Assembly: GCF_030028105.1 (NCBI RefSeq)
Contig: NC_092383.1
Span: forward strand, 86,137,921 to 86,201,920
Source of the DNA: Mobula birostris
Lineage: Eukaryota
Length of the DNA: 64,000 nt
Direction of reading: 5' to 3'
Within the stretch, counting starts at the first letter, position 1. Each line of letters starts with the position of its first letter. Positions 37,396 through 49,784 of this stretch are shown in pieces. A model generated the notes under the pieces. It was not told the origin of the DNA and ran no database searches. It worked only from the letters and a program-made list of their open reading frames with translations. A program made the translations under genes and the position numbers.

Positions 37396-39088
37396 GAGGA
37401 AAAATAGAGAGATGATATTCATGGGTTCACTGTCCATTCATAGGTCTGCTGGTGGAGGGGCTGAAGCTATTTCAGAAATGTTGGCACTGAGGAACTTGAA
37501 ACTGCTCACCCTTTCCACTGCTGATCACTCGCTGTGTGAGTTCACTAGAATTCCCCTTCCTGAATTGGGCACTTGTCAGCATGGAGAGACTGGGCCGAAA
37601 GACCTTCATCCATGCTGTATTGCTCTGTAACTCTACGAGATGTTTGTGAGTGCTGAACTGAGCCACATGGAAACCGAACATGTGAGATACAGAAGAACTT
37701 TATTCAACACAGCAGATCTAGAGAGTCTATTTCTGCTCACTCCACACAAAACAATACAGTGATGTTTTATACTTTGTAAACAAAAAGAAAACAATCAGTG
37801 ATTAAATGCATTTTAATAGTTATTGTTACTTAACCTTTAACTTTAATTGCTGAAAATAGACAGGTAACTTTTGCAGAATTGCATATTTACATGGGAGAAC
37901 ATCCCAAATGAACAGCACATCTAAAATTTAATAGACTAGCAGCTGGTCTAAGAGCTTCTGAGCATAAACACTAGACACCCAGAATATATATCTTTTATTA
38001 CAGATTTGAGCGATGACCCCCTGACTATACAAAGGTTGGTATATGCCTTCAACACTGTGTTAATACAGGATATGGCCACTTAATGGTTCCTTTGATTTTA
38101 TCCTGAAGACTTCATTCAGTACAATTTAACACCTCGATTTTTCAGTTGTCTCAATCTGAAGTGTTATAGATGCAGATTGGGCCATCCTCACGGTGGAGGG
38201 GCGACAGCTTGTTTTACATCTGGTTAACCTCCAACCTGATGGCATGAATATTGGTTTCTTCTTCCAGTTAAAAAAACACACCCCCTCACCTTTTCTGTAT
38301 TCCTCACTCTGGCCTCTAACCTCTTCTCACCTGGGTACCCTCCCCCTTCCCTTTTTCTTATGTTCCACTCTCCTCTCTTATAAGATTCCTTCTTCTCCAG
38401 CCCTTTATCTTTCCAACCCATCTGCTTCTGTCTATCACTTTCTAACTATCCACTCCCTCTCCCCTTTTTATTCTAGCATTTTCCCCCTTTCTTTCCTGTC
38501 CTGTCTCAGATCCAAACATCATTTCCATGGCTGCTGCTTGACCTGCTGAGTCCCTCCAGCATTTTGTGTGTGTTGCTTTAGAAATAGAATATCCCACCCT
38601 CAATGATTGGTTTCAAAACCCTTAGAATATTAGTGGATTACATTTTATTTCAGGAAGCTTTGTTCCCATTTTCAATTCATACCAATTATTCATATAATTT
38701 CATAACTCCTGGATAATACAGGGCAGTGAAGAAAATGATTGATGAGGGGAATGCTATGGATGTTTTATACATGGTCTCTAGAAACCATTTGACATGGTCC
38801 CTCATATTACGTTGGTCCAGAAAATTAAGTAACACAGGATCCATAGTGAGTCTGTAAGTTAGAAACAAAGTTGGCATGTTGATAGACAAGTGAGCCAGTG
38901 GTAGAGGGGTGATGATGTGACTCGAGGCTCATGACCAGTGGAGCTCTGCAAGGTTCAGTGCCTGGACCTCTGTTGCTTGCAATAGGTATAAATGATTTGC
39001 ATGAAGACATAGGTACTTTTGTAGAAAAAACAAAAATTTCAGAGCTGGGGATAGTCAGGAATGTGGTCAAAGGATACAGAAGGATATA

Positions 39089-39654
39089 ATAATCCTGGAG
39101 GAAAACCTAATGCAGTCTGCAAGAGAACTGAGACTTGGGAGAAGATTTGCTTTCCAGCAAGACAATGACCCCAAGCATAAAGCCAGATCAACACAGGAAT
39201 GACTTAAAAACAACAGAGTTAATGTCCTGGAGTGGCCAAGTCAGAGTCCAGACCTCATCCAATTGAGAATTTGTGGCTGAACTTGAAAAGGGCTGTTCAA
39301 GCAAGATCACTATGCAATCTGTCAGAGCTTGAGCAATTTTGTAAAGAAGAATGGGGAAAAATGCCCAGATGTGCAAAGCTGATAGAGACCTATCCACACA
39401 GACTCAAGGCTGTAATTGCTGCCAAAAGTGCATCTACTAAATATTGACTTGAAGGGGGTGATTATTGTGTTATATATTTGTAATTAATTTAGATCACTTT
39501 GTAGAGGTCTGTTTTCACTTTTACACGGAAGAGTCTTTTTCTGTTGGTCAGCAGCAAAAAAGCCAAATTAAATCCACTGTGATTCAATGTTGTAAAATAA
39601 TAAAAAATTTAAACATCCAAGGTGGGTGGGGGTGAATACTTTTTATGACCTCTG
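39089..39654 (+). mobile_element. Tc1/mariner transposase C-terminal remnant inserted in a CR1 copy
   Basis: FQQDNDPKH...LEWPSQSPDL..IENLW..LKR; TA at 39087-39088 and 39655-39656; CR1 reading ..QKDI|DQL.. rejoins across it. Confidence 0.85.
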
Positions 39655-40714
39655 TAGATCAGCTGGGAGTTTGGGCAGAGAAAAGACAGATAGTCTTCAA
39701 ATCACACAAGCATGAAATGTTGCATTTTGGGAGGTGAAATGCAAGACAAGATTATGAAGGAACTGGCAGGTCCCTTTGGAGCACTGATCGACAATGGGAT
39801 CGTGACATGCAAGTCCACAGCTCCCAAAAGAAACAATGCAAGTGAACAGGGCTGTGCTTGCTAACATTGAGTATGAACGTTGGGAAGTCAAGTTGCAACT
39901 GTATAAAACTTTGGCAACATTTGGAGCAATCATGTGTAGTTTTGGTCTCCACACTATAGAAAGAACGTAGAGGCTTCGGAGATGGTGCAGTAGAGGTTAA
40001 CCATGGTTTAGCCTGGATTAGAGTGTAACAGCTATATGGAGAGCGTGGACAAAGTTGAAGTGTCAGAGCCTGAGGGGGAGATGTATTGGAAGAGTTTAAA
40101 ATTATGAAAGGCACAGACAGTGGAGATAGTCATAATTCCCTGGGTAAATGTATAAAATACCAAAAGACTTACATTTAAAGCGAATAGGGGAAAACATTGA
40201 AGGAGATGTGAGAGGCATTTTTTCTTTACACAGTAAGTATAAATGGTGCCTGGAATAATTTGCCAGATAGAATAGCAACATTGAAAAGGTATTTAAACAG
40301 ACACATGGACAGGTTAAGAACATGTGCAGGCAGATGGGATTAGTTAGATTGGAATAATGGTCAGCACAGGCAGGGTGAGTCCCTGTGTTATACCCTGATA
40401 TAATATATATTCTACTTTCCATATTCCTTGTTTCACAGAATTCATACACCAATCCAACAAACACAAAATCCCAAGAATCTTTCTGGGAAAACTTTGCTGT
40501 ACTCAGTCCATTGTATCCTTCCTTAGGTGGGAAGAACCAGACTTGTACAAAATGGTCTATATGCAGTCTACCAAAGCTCTATATAATTAAAACACGATAA
40601 TCACTCTATTAATGTTTAAATACCTGAAAGAAATTATGATGGAGGAGGGGGTATCAGGGTGGATATTGTAGAACTCAAAATGAGAGGCAGTAGCATTTTG
40701 ACATTTGTAGAGAT

Positions 40715-41140
40715 GATCGAGCTTCCAAGAGGATCACAACTTTGTCATGTTTTGGAGGCTTTTGTACCTCAATGACCTGGTGAGCTACATCGACTGGAGT
40801 TAAGGCATTATGCTTTGGCCCTTGGCAGGGTTACCCTTGCCAAGCAGGTCAAAGGGTCCAGGCCAGATGAAGAGTATTGCACTGGTCCTCTAAGTTCAGT
40901 GGTTCAGCTCAGGGCTAACAACTCTGACAGCTAAAACAAAACTGTTGTGGAAACAGCAATGAAGAATCCTACGTCTGAGTGTGATTCTATAACTGAGTCT
41001 CAAATCGGGACTTGCATGACTAACAATAGCGAAAACTGAGAGGAAGCTACTGACACGATGAAGGAAGCACTGAACACCACCAGAGATGGAGGACCTCCAT
41101 TGCTGCTCCAAAAGCCAGCGACATAATGGTCAGTAACTCA
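40715..41140 (+). mobile_element. Short non-autonomous RTE-derived element (structured 5' part + RTE-like 3' end)
   Basis: Nested hairpins at 40773-40851; 3' CAGAGATGGAGGACCTCCATTGCTGC resembles the RTE C-terminal R.RWR..IAAL coding region. Confidence 0.5.
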
Positions 41141-41283
41141 GAGACGATATAGACTCAGATGCTCAATGCCAGTTGGTTATACTTGCCAATGAAGCTGAAC
41201 TGGACAAGAGGGATCTGTGGAAGAATCAGCTCAAGATAAGCTCAACAAAGTAATTAAGTGGATAGATTCAGGCAAACGAGTTA

Positions 41284-42190
41284 CACTCAGTGGCCACTCT
41301 ATTGGATACACCCATACACCTGCTCGTTAATGTGAATACCTAATCAGCCAATCATGTGGCAGCCACGCGATGCATAAAAACATGCAGATATGATCAAGGG
41401 GTTCAGTTGTTGTTCAGATCAAACATTGGAATGGAGAAGAAATATGACATAAGCGATAAACAAAAAAAGCATCCAATGAGTGGCAGTTCTGTGCGTGCAA
41501 ATACCTTGTTACTGAGAGACGTCAGAGGTGTTGTAAACTACTGCTTTTTTAAACAATACTTCTTCTAACATTTGTACTTTTTTAACATACTCATATATTT
41601 TTGACAGTATGTGGTGGTTTATACCCATTCACTGGTGAAGAATTATCACATTATCCACATGAGATAATTGTTTTAATTATATGGCCTAGTTTAATAACTA
41701 GTTTATTTCTATCGAAGGAATTTTCCTTATCTTGCCTATAAAAGTCATGGATTTTTCAGAGGTGCCATCATTTTGACTTCACATTTTATGCCGTTCATTT
41801 ACCTCTCAGTGTAATTTCTCTGCACCTTATTTAGTTTGTTTACTCTGCTGAGTTCCTCCAGCATTTTATGTGTGTTGCTTAGTACTTGTGTGTTTTTTTT
41901 ATACTTTAAAATAAATGATCATTAGAATTAAGACTGTTCATCATTCCTGATTCCTGGAAAAACCCGAAGGAACAGTCAATAAACACAGGTTCAATAGAGG
42001 ACAATGGCCAGACTGGTTCAAGGTGACAGTTAGTCAAATAAACATACGTTGCAACAGTGGTGTGCAGAACTACACCTTTCAATGCATGACATGTCAACAT
42101 GCATCAAGTTGCTGCCATGTGATTGGCAGATTAGATATTTGCACTAACAAACAGGTGTCCAAGTGTACTTAATAAAGTGGCCTCTGAGTG
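41284..42190. mobile_element. Tc1-like non-autonomous element with TIRs and TA TSD
   Basis: TA|CACTCAGTGGCCACTCTATT ... AATAAAGTGGCCTCTGAGTG|TA. Confidence 0.8.
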
Positions 42191-42274
42191 TAACTTTTCT
42201 GCCTTAAATTAATCCACATAATGACTTTTTCAAGCTTATTCTGAGTCCTGTGGAGTACCAGGAGAGAAAGCTTT

Positions 42275-42478
42275 CTATTTGGGCCTTGCGGGTTGGCTTT
42301 GAAATTTGATATCTGCATAGGTGTTGTCCTCATCCATAACAGCTCTTGGCTTCCTTTTAAATTTCATGTTTGCATACACAACTCCATTTTCATTGTTAGC
42401 CGACTGGGCAGCTGCCTCATTGTTTTGAACACGGTGTAGATCTGCATAAACAATGTTTTCTTCCAACCTGGCCATTTC
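42275..42478 (-). CDS. Gene A terminal cytoplasmic exon with ITIM motifs
   Basis: Acceptor CATTTCAG|GAA phase 0; EMARLEENIVYADL...VVYANM...NTYADIKFQSQPARPK*. Confidence 0.92.
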   Translation of the reverse strand, partial: EMARLEENIVYADLHRVQNNEAAAQSANNENGVVYANMKFKRKPRAVMDEDNTYADIKFQSQPARPK

Positions 42479-43189
42479 CTGAAATGATAAATAAATTCCA
42501 AGATCTATATTATGTCTGATGAATGTGGAAGGTGAGGGTGTGAAAGGCTACTAGGAGAAGGCAGGATAATAGGGTGAGAAAGAAAATAAATTAGTCATGA
42601 TTTGATGTGCAGAGCAGTCTTGAGGGGCCAAATGGCCTAATTCTGCTCCTATACCTTATGGTCCATGGTTTTGTCCATGGATTTTTAAATTATTTATCTT
42701 ATGTTTATAGCTTCACTTCTGCTCTCATCTGTAAGTAGAAACATGTTCACTACTCTATAAAACAATTGGATACTGTTGCAGACATCTACCAGATCACCTT
42801 CAGTTTTCTGCTTTTAAGTTCATCCCAATCTTTTCAATCAGCTTGTAGAATATAATTTTTCAGAATGTTTGATAACAGTTTATGACTGAGTGGCAGTGAT
42901 CCCTAGTGAGGACCCGCTACTAAATGTACAACATCGGCATGTTGCTTTACAACACCAACACACTAAACTGGTCCAAGGTGTTTCACAGGGATTCAGCAAG
43001 AGAAGAGGTTGAGAATGAAGTTGGGAATTATTTGGGCAAATTACAATACTTTTATGGTTTACAGTCTAAACGGGTTGTCAAAGCAGGTAAATTGATTAGA
43101 TGGGTGTAATTAGGTGGCTCGTGAGCCAGAAGGACCGGCTACTCTGCTGTATCTCTGACGAACAAAAGTTAAGAGGACAGAATTGCAGG

Positions 43190-43315
43190 AATCTCTTACT
43201 AACTCTTCCTTCAGTCAGTCCTGACAAAGGGTCTCGGCCTGAAACGTCGACTGTACCTCTTCCTAGAGATGCTGCCTGGCCTGCTGCGTTCACTAGCAAC
43301 TTTGATTTGTGTTGC
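43190..43315 (+). mobile_element. Penelope-like 3' tip with core-mutated hammerhead (CTGACAA)
   Basis: CAGTC-CTGACAA-AGGGTCTCGGCCT-GAAACGTC-GACTG at 43216-43253. Confidence 0.7.
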
Positions 43316-43825
43316 TAGAATTGCAGGACTTCATGGATTTGTGGGATTTGTCTAGTGTGTGGGATTTGGGCAGCTAAAGCTACTGACATTGGTGGTGGGA
43401 TTCCGAGACTGGAGGATGCACAAGAGGAACACACAGTCCTCTGAGGGTACAGCTCTGAGAGGGAAAGTGATGCAAACAAGGGAAAATGTACGGCAGAGCA
43501 GAATCCTCCAACAATCTCCACCCTGCAGTTACCTTTGGGAATAAGAAAGGCAAATGATAAAATTGAGAAATCAATTGAAACTCTTTGATAATATTGAACC
43601 CAATCATTCAATAAGGAAAAAAAGTTAAATTAATTGGGACATTAGTTAAGGTAATAATACACAAGAAGCATGTTAAAAACTGTGGAAAATATCACAAACA
43701 AAGATTGTTGATAACAGACCTAGGAGACAATAGACTATTCATTCTGGTGCCAGGATTGAGGGGTAGAGTGAGAAAGTGGGGGGGAGGGCCGGGGGTGAGG
43801 TCATCACAGAACTGATATTTACTTA

Positions 43826-44070
43826 TTTAGAGATACAGCATGGAAACAGGCCATTCTGGCCCAACAAGCCTATACTATCCAATTAAACCCATGTGACCAA
43901 ATTAACATACTAACATCTTTAGAATCTGGGATGAAATGGAAATACCCAGAGGAGATCCACACAGTCATAGGGAGAGCATACAAACTCCTTCCAAACAGGA
44001 GCAGAACTGAACCCAAGTCACTGGCGCTGTAATAGCGTTACGCTAACCGCTACCGTACTGTGTCACCCCC
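43826..44070 (-). mobile_element. tRNA-derived V-SINE/HE1-like SINE (also ~44650-44935, 46630-46915, 48560-48700 on minus; 49110-49345, 62125-62330 on plus)
   Basis: Minus-strand tRNA-like head (GGTAGCGGTTAGCGTAACGCTATTACAGCGCCAG..GGGTTCAG), central V-SINE-like region and CR1-like 3' tail. Confidence 0.75.
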
Positions 44071-44512
44071 AATTTATTATTCTGAATAGACCTGCCCTAT
44101 TTTTCTGATTTCACATCAGAGTTTGAGACTTAGAGGGAATATACAAAATGTAAACAGAAAAGTTATTCAACCCAAAGGCAGATTTACACAATTAGGTGTT
44201 CCATCTCCAATTGTAGAGAAAGGACCAGTCTCACTTTTCACCTTTCAGTAACGTAATAAAGACTGAAGCACTTTGAAGGTAAGTCACATAAAATATTATG
44301 GATAGACTGAAGGAAAACTGGATGAGCATGAGAGCAAGGGACAAATAACTGGAAGGATATACTGATGGGATTCAATGAGGGAGTGTTCAGAGGTTTGTGT
44401 AAAATATTAATACTGGACTGGACTAGTGGAGATGAATGATCTGTAAACTCCCATGAAATCCAAATTTTAAATATTCTGAAACATTCAGACAATTTATACT
44501 TCTTGTCCATAC

Positions 44513-44559
44513 CTGGGTATCATCGTTGCCTTCTCTGTGAGTTACGTTGTGCTTGGATT
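44513..44559 (-). CDS. Gene A cytoplasmic exon 1 (E-SKHNVTHREGNDDTQ)
   Basis: 47 nt, TTTTCCAG|AA acceptor, CAG|GTATGG donor, phase 1 in and 0 out, bridging TM exon and ITIM exon. Confidence 0.8.
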
Positions 44560-47436
44560 CTGGAAAATATACCATTATTGCTAAAAATTGCATTGTTGTT
44601 ACAGACATAAACATTTATTTATTCATTTATTGATTGATTGATTGATTGATAGATACAGCACAGAGTTGGCCCTTGCAGCCTTTGAGCTTCGCCACCCCAA
44701 CAACCCCCGACAATCCAGATTAACCCTAACCTAATCTCGGGACAATTTCCATTGACCAATTCACCTACCTGGTACGTCTTTGGACTGTGGGAGGACACTG
44801 GAGGACCCGGAGTGTATCCATGCATCCCACAGGGAGGACATACAGAGACTCCTTTCAGAACGGCACTGGAATTGAACTGCCCCAAGCTGTAATAGCTTCG
44901 CCCAAACTGTTACGTTACCATGACCCCCATACTGAATCTCAGAACCACGGGAACCCAGGCTGCAACACAATAATGATTCTCCACAAAGAGCAAACCTCTG
45001 CTCTGGTTACTGCACAATATTCAGAAAGGATCATGTTGTTTTATACCTCACCTTCTCTGCTACTGCAAACTGACATTTTTTTTTATCTTTGAACATTGTA
45101 ATGAAGAATTCAGATTTGAAATTTCATTTTTCTTTTTATTGCTTCAAATTCTGTCTGATCTACCTACATTTTCTACATTGTCTGTGCATGTTTTTAGATA
45201 ATATTTCTCCTTCACAATATGATGGAACAGGTTACCTGACAATATTCACACTGTCGCATGAACATTTCACTGATCTCCCCAGGACTCTGTGGCAGATTGC
45301 CCCTCGGGAAGAAGGAATAAACTGCCCAAAATAAAAATTACCTCGCTTTCCTACTGGCCACAAAACCTCCTTTCAAATTCAACACTGAGATCAACAATTT
45401 CATATGGAAACCGAATGCCCTATCTTCAATGAATGTTATGTTCGCCTTGATTTGGTTTGCCATTTTATTTCTAGTCACTAGAAATCACTGCTTACTTGTA
45501 AGTTTACAGCAGTTGTTCATTTCTTACTACTGTGTTTCTAAGCAAATGACCTACGACACCGGGTCAGCCATTTTATAATTGCTTGCATATTTACTCATTC
45601 ATTTGTCCAAAAAACTTTGTGACGAGTCAAAGGAATTTTAATCAATAATTGAATCTATCTCTTGTGAAAACATCTAGAAACACTTTTTTTCTCAGCTCTT
45701 GGCTTACTGTAATGTGTTGCTGAATAACAGAATTGCATTCAAACTACAACTACACCTAGACTGGAGTTTACCTATCTGCCTACCTTAAGAAAACGGGGAA
45801 AACTCTTGAGTGAGGGCAGAATAGTGGAAGTGGAATTGTGAACAGATTTTACTTCCCAAATCCTGCTTCCCATTTTTTAATTAATAGTTAACAATAGAAA
45901 GAGAAATGCCAAAGGAAATCAAGAGCAGTACACTCTGTTACTGATGAGGATTATGTCACCAATGAAGATATCAAATTTCAAAGCCTGCCCATCTTTAAGT
46001 CTTCATTTATCCTATTACCACCCACCTTTTGCCTCACACATCATCTTTCCTGACGTATTTTTTCTGTCTTGTACTCCCTCAGAGACCCTCTCTTTTATGC
46101 TTCCTTCCGTACTTCCTCTGCACCTCAGGACTTGCTATCGCTCATATCTTCCTGTTTTGATGTAGGTCATTGCCTTGAAGGATCAGCTGTTCCTCTCTCC
46201 ACAGCTGCTATCTGACATGCTGAGCATTCCTAGCACTTTCCTGCCTATACCTCAGGTATTGATCATTTAGGGAATTTCTCTTTGGAAAAGAATGCATTCC
46301 TTTTGTTCAGATCGTTGCAATAAACAGTGACTTGTGGACAATACTACGCTGAAAGTAACTGTCTGGTTTGTTGGGGGGAGAGAGAGAGAGAGGCCAGGAA
46401 CTAAATCATGGGGAGCAGTTGAATTATTAGTTGTCTTCATTTTCATCCAGTGAGTTATATTCCATCAGCCAGTGAGTTGGAGGCTCTAGGGGCTTTATTT
46501 TCCAGTGATCAACTCCATTTCCCCATCTGATAATAACACTGAGATAGATGATCACTGTACTCACAGTTCTCTTCAATGGTTTACAAAGTCTACTTAAGGG
46601 ATACAAGATTATTTATTTATTTATTTATTATTTATTTATATTTCGCAGAGTAAGCCCATCTGGCCCTTTGTGCCTCGCTGACCCAGTGACCCCGACAAGC
46701 CTGATTAAACTTAATCCAATCATGGAACAATTTACAATGACCAAATAACTCTCTTTGGAGAGTGGGAGGAAACTGGAGGACCCAGGGACACATTCAATGG
46801 GCTGGACACAGAGACTCTGTACAGAACAACATCGGAATTGAACTCCGATCTCCAAAAAGCCCCAAGGAGTAACAGTGTGGCGCTAACCTCTACGCTACCA
46901 TGGTGCCCATCTCAGGATCATCTCAGCAAAGCAGACCCGTGATTTAATCTACAGCAACCAATGAGAGCAGGGTACTTTGTCCAGTGATATATGGTGAACG
47001 GTAGATAGGTGAAAGATACACCTGATTTTTTTTTGAGAATGACATGAGAGAATGATTTTACACATACATTGTCCAAATGATTGCTTTTAATTTGGAAGTT
47101 GTACTGAGGAACAGGTTATTGAATACACTTTCAAATACAACAGCTAATTCCCCAAAACTGAGTACAACAGTGAGACCACCTAAATCTTTCTTCAACCCAG
47201 CCTCTTGGTTCTCTGCCATTCCACACCTGAGGTGAGATTCCATCACCTGATGTTTCAGGAATAATGGAGTCACCAGGTTACAGTGGAAGCAACACGATTT
47301 TATCATGTGTTGTAAACCAACAAATTGGCACTCTAATCCTGGCTTTTTGTTGACTGCAACGAAATCAAGTTCTTTAAAGTTCAGCTGCTAGTTATCATAT
47401 TCATCATGAAATAATTAAAGGAAAAAAGAAACCTAC

Positions 47437-47519
47437 CCCTCCTTTTTCTCTTCAGGTAGTAAAGTACACAAACGACAAGTAGTATGAGAAGAATTCCAAC
47501 AACACTTATGTAAGTGGGC
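47437..47519 (-). CDS. Gene A transmembrane exon (M-PTYISVVGILLILLVVCVLYYLKRKRR)
   Basis: 83 nt, TACCACAG|G acceptor, G|GTAGGT donor, phase 2 in and 1 out; hydrophobic stretch with basic stop-transfer KRKRR. Confidence 0.9.
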
Positions 47520-48205
47520 CTGTGGTAAAGAATAAGAAAGTGTCAGTCCTGGTTTCAAACTTATTCTTGGCCATTTGTAAGGTCTGACATTTACACAGCA
47601 TTTTTCATGAGTTCAGGTTGTCTACAGATCAGAAATGATTGTTAGACACTGTTGACAGTGTGGGAAATTGCAATAGCAAATCTGCTCACAGCAAGGTCTC
47701 ACAAGTAGAAATGTGACCATGACCAATGATAGTGATGTTGGTTAAAGAGTAACTATTGTCCAGGCCATTTGGGATCCCTCACATGTTCTTTTACAAACAT
47801 TTCATTGGAACTGTTACATTAAAAGGATTGATTGGTGGTTTCTTCTCTGACAGACAGCGTTGCTGACCATGTAGCTGAACCTCTTCTTTGAACAGTTTCC
47901 ATGGTTTTCTTTGTTTCGTGGCTGTCTGGACTCTTGTTTGGCTGGGACGAGTCAGGCTGAAGGGCCTGTTGTTCTAATATACAACAATGACTTTAGTACT
48001 CAGAATATTTCGAGTAAGAAAATTATCTTTGATCTCAGGCTTGACACCTGTACAACAAAATTAGTTTCCAACACGTCATTTCATTGAAGTTAATCATGTC
48101 AAATGTTTCTAATACCAGTTAAAGAGAGACAAATTTCTCTCCCAACTGGCTCTATTTGGAAGGAGTAGCAGTGAAACCAGCCGTAGAGGGAAATTTATAC
48201 TTTAC

Positions 48206-48284
48206 ATTTTATGTGACGTAGGTTCTCCCCCTTGTGCACTTGTTGTAGATTCTGTCACAGTATTTTCACAGAAATGGATTGGCC
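48206..48284 (-). CDS. Gene A stalk exon (G-PIHFCENTVTESTTSAQGGEPTSHK)
   Basis: 79 nt, TTTTAACAG|GG acceptor, AT|GTAAAG donor, phase 1 in and 2 out matching neighbours; Thr/Ser-rich. Confidence 0.8.
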
Positions 48285-49784
48285 CTGTTAAAAGAAAATC
48301 AAATGACATTTTATCTGCTTTGTACTTGCAAAAACAAGACAGCACAATTGTTGGACCAATGGGTACTTGAGCATGGTGGACCAAAGTTGATCTGTTATCC
48401 AATACACATTTAAAGATTAAAGATGAGATTTATTTGTCACATGTTCATCAGATCACACAGTGAAGTGCATCGTTAGCAATGACAACCAATATAGAATATT
48501 TTCTGGGGGAAGCCTGCAAGTGTCCCATGCTTCCAGCACCAAAATGGCTTGCCTATGAATTACTAATACTTGCCCGTGTGCCTTTGGAATGTGAGAGGAA
48601 ATCAGAGCACGCAGAGGAAACCCACACAGTCACTGGGAGAGTGCACAAACAACTTGCAACAGTGGTGGGAATTGGGCCCCGGTCACTGATCGCTGGTGTT
48701 GTAATGGTGTTATGCTTATTGCTGTTCTCCTGAGCAACCAGTTGCATTCACTGACAATTTGGATTCTTTCCCGTATTTAGGCACTGGTGGTGTGGAGATG
48801 CTGCTGGGGACTTGGACTGAGGGAACTGTAATCCCAATCATAAGGGAAATTTCCAGCCAGGGAGCTGGCCTCTGCCAGCCATGGGGAGACCTCTTTCTGG
48901 GGCCCCATCACCCTCTGCAGGGGCGTGGTCATAACTGCTTGAGTATTCAGGCAGATAATGGTTCAAGTACACTTTTTATCCAACAGGATAATGCAGGATG
49001 TTTTCTCAATGAAAAGGCCATATACAGAAAATCAATGTACCCTGGTTGCCATGGTACCGAAGCAGCTAGAGTAATGCAATTACAGTTCCGGGCATTCCGA
49101 AGTTTGGAGCTCAATTCTGACGCTGCTCTATAAGGAGCCTCTGTATGTCCTCCCTGTGGAATGTGTGAGTTTTCTCAGGGTCCTCCGGTTTCTTTCCAGA
49201 ATCCAAAGACGACCGAGTAAAGTAATTGGACAGTGTAAATTGTCCCATGATTAGGTTAGGGTTAATTGGGTTTGGTAGGGGTTGCTGGGGCAGCATGACT
49301 CAAAGAGCTGGAAGGGCCTACACCATGCTCTATTGCTAAATAAATGAAATGATGGAACCTCACTTCAGGTGTAGAGTGGCAGAAAACTAAGAGGATGGGT
49401 AGAAGAAAGATTGAGATGGTCTCACCTGTTGTACTCATTTCGGGGCAATGAGCTTTTGAATTTGAAAGTATATTCAATAAGCTGTTCCTCAGTACAAACT
49501 CCAATTAAATGCAATCATTTGTACAATGTGTGTGTAAAATATATGTCTGGCTTTCTGTGTTTGCCCTAGTGACAGAAACCTCGACCATTCTGAGAAGTTG
49601 TCATAAAATCCTGGCAACAATTTTCTCTACATATAATTTTGCTGATTCTCTTGCTGGTGAGAGAGTTTCCACCCCTCCAGTGAACACTCAGAGATTTGAA
49701 TAAAGCTTTTCATTTTTGAAACATTTGTTCAAACTGCACAGAGTTACAGACTTAAGTACAATAACAAAATGATTATCAATATTC

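Noticed and set aside
40439-40527. Plus-strand AG/GT-bounded open segment (NSYTNPTNTKSQESFW..)
   Set aside because: No partner exons or recognisable homology
43990-44070. tRNA-like sequences here and in other SINE heads
   Set aside because: They are heads of tRNA-derived SINEs, not complete cloverleaf tRNA genes
45052-45086. Possible extra cytoplasmic exon (D-KKKCQFAVAEK) with GTGAG donor
   Set aside because: Ends in phase 0 but the next exon needs phase 1, where it would hit a stop; acceptor is weak
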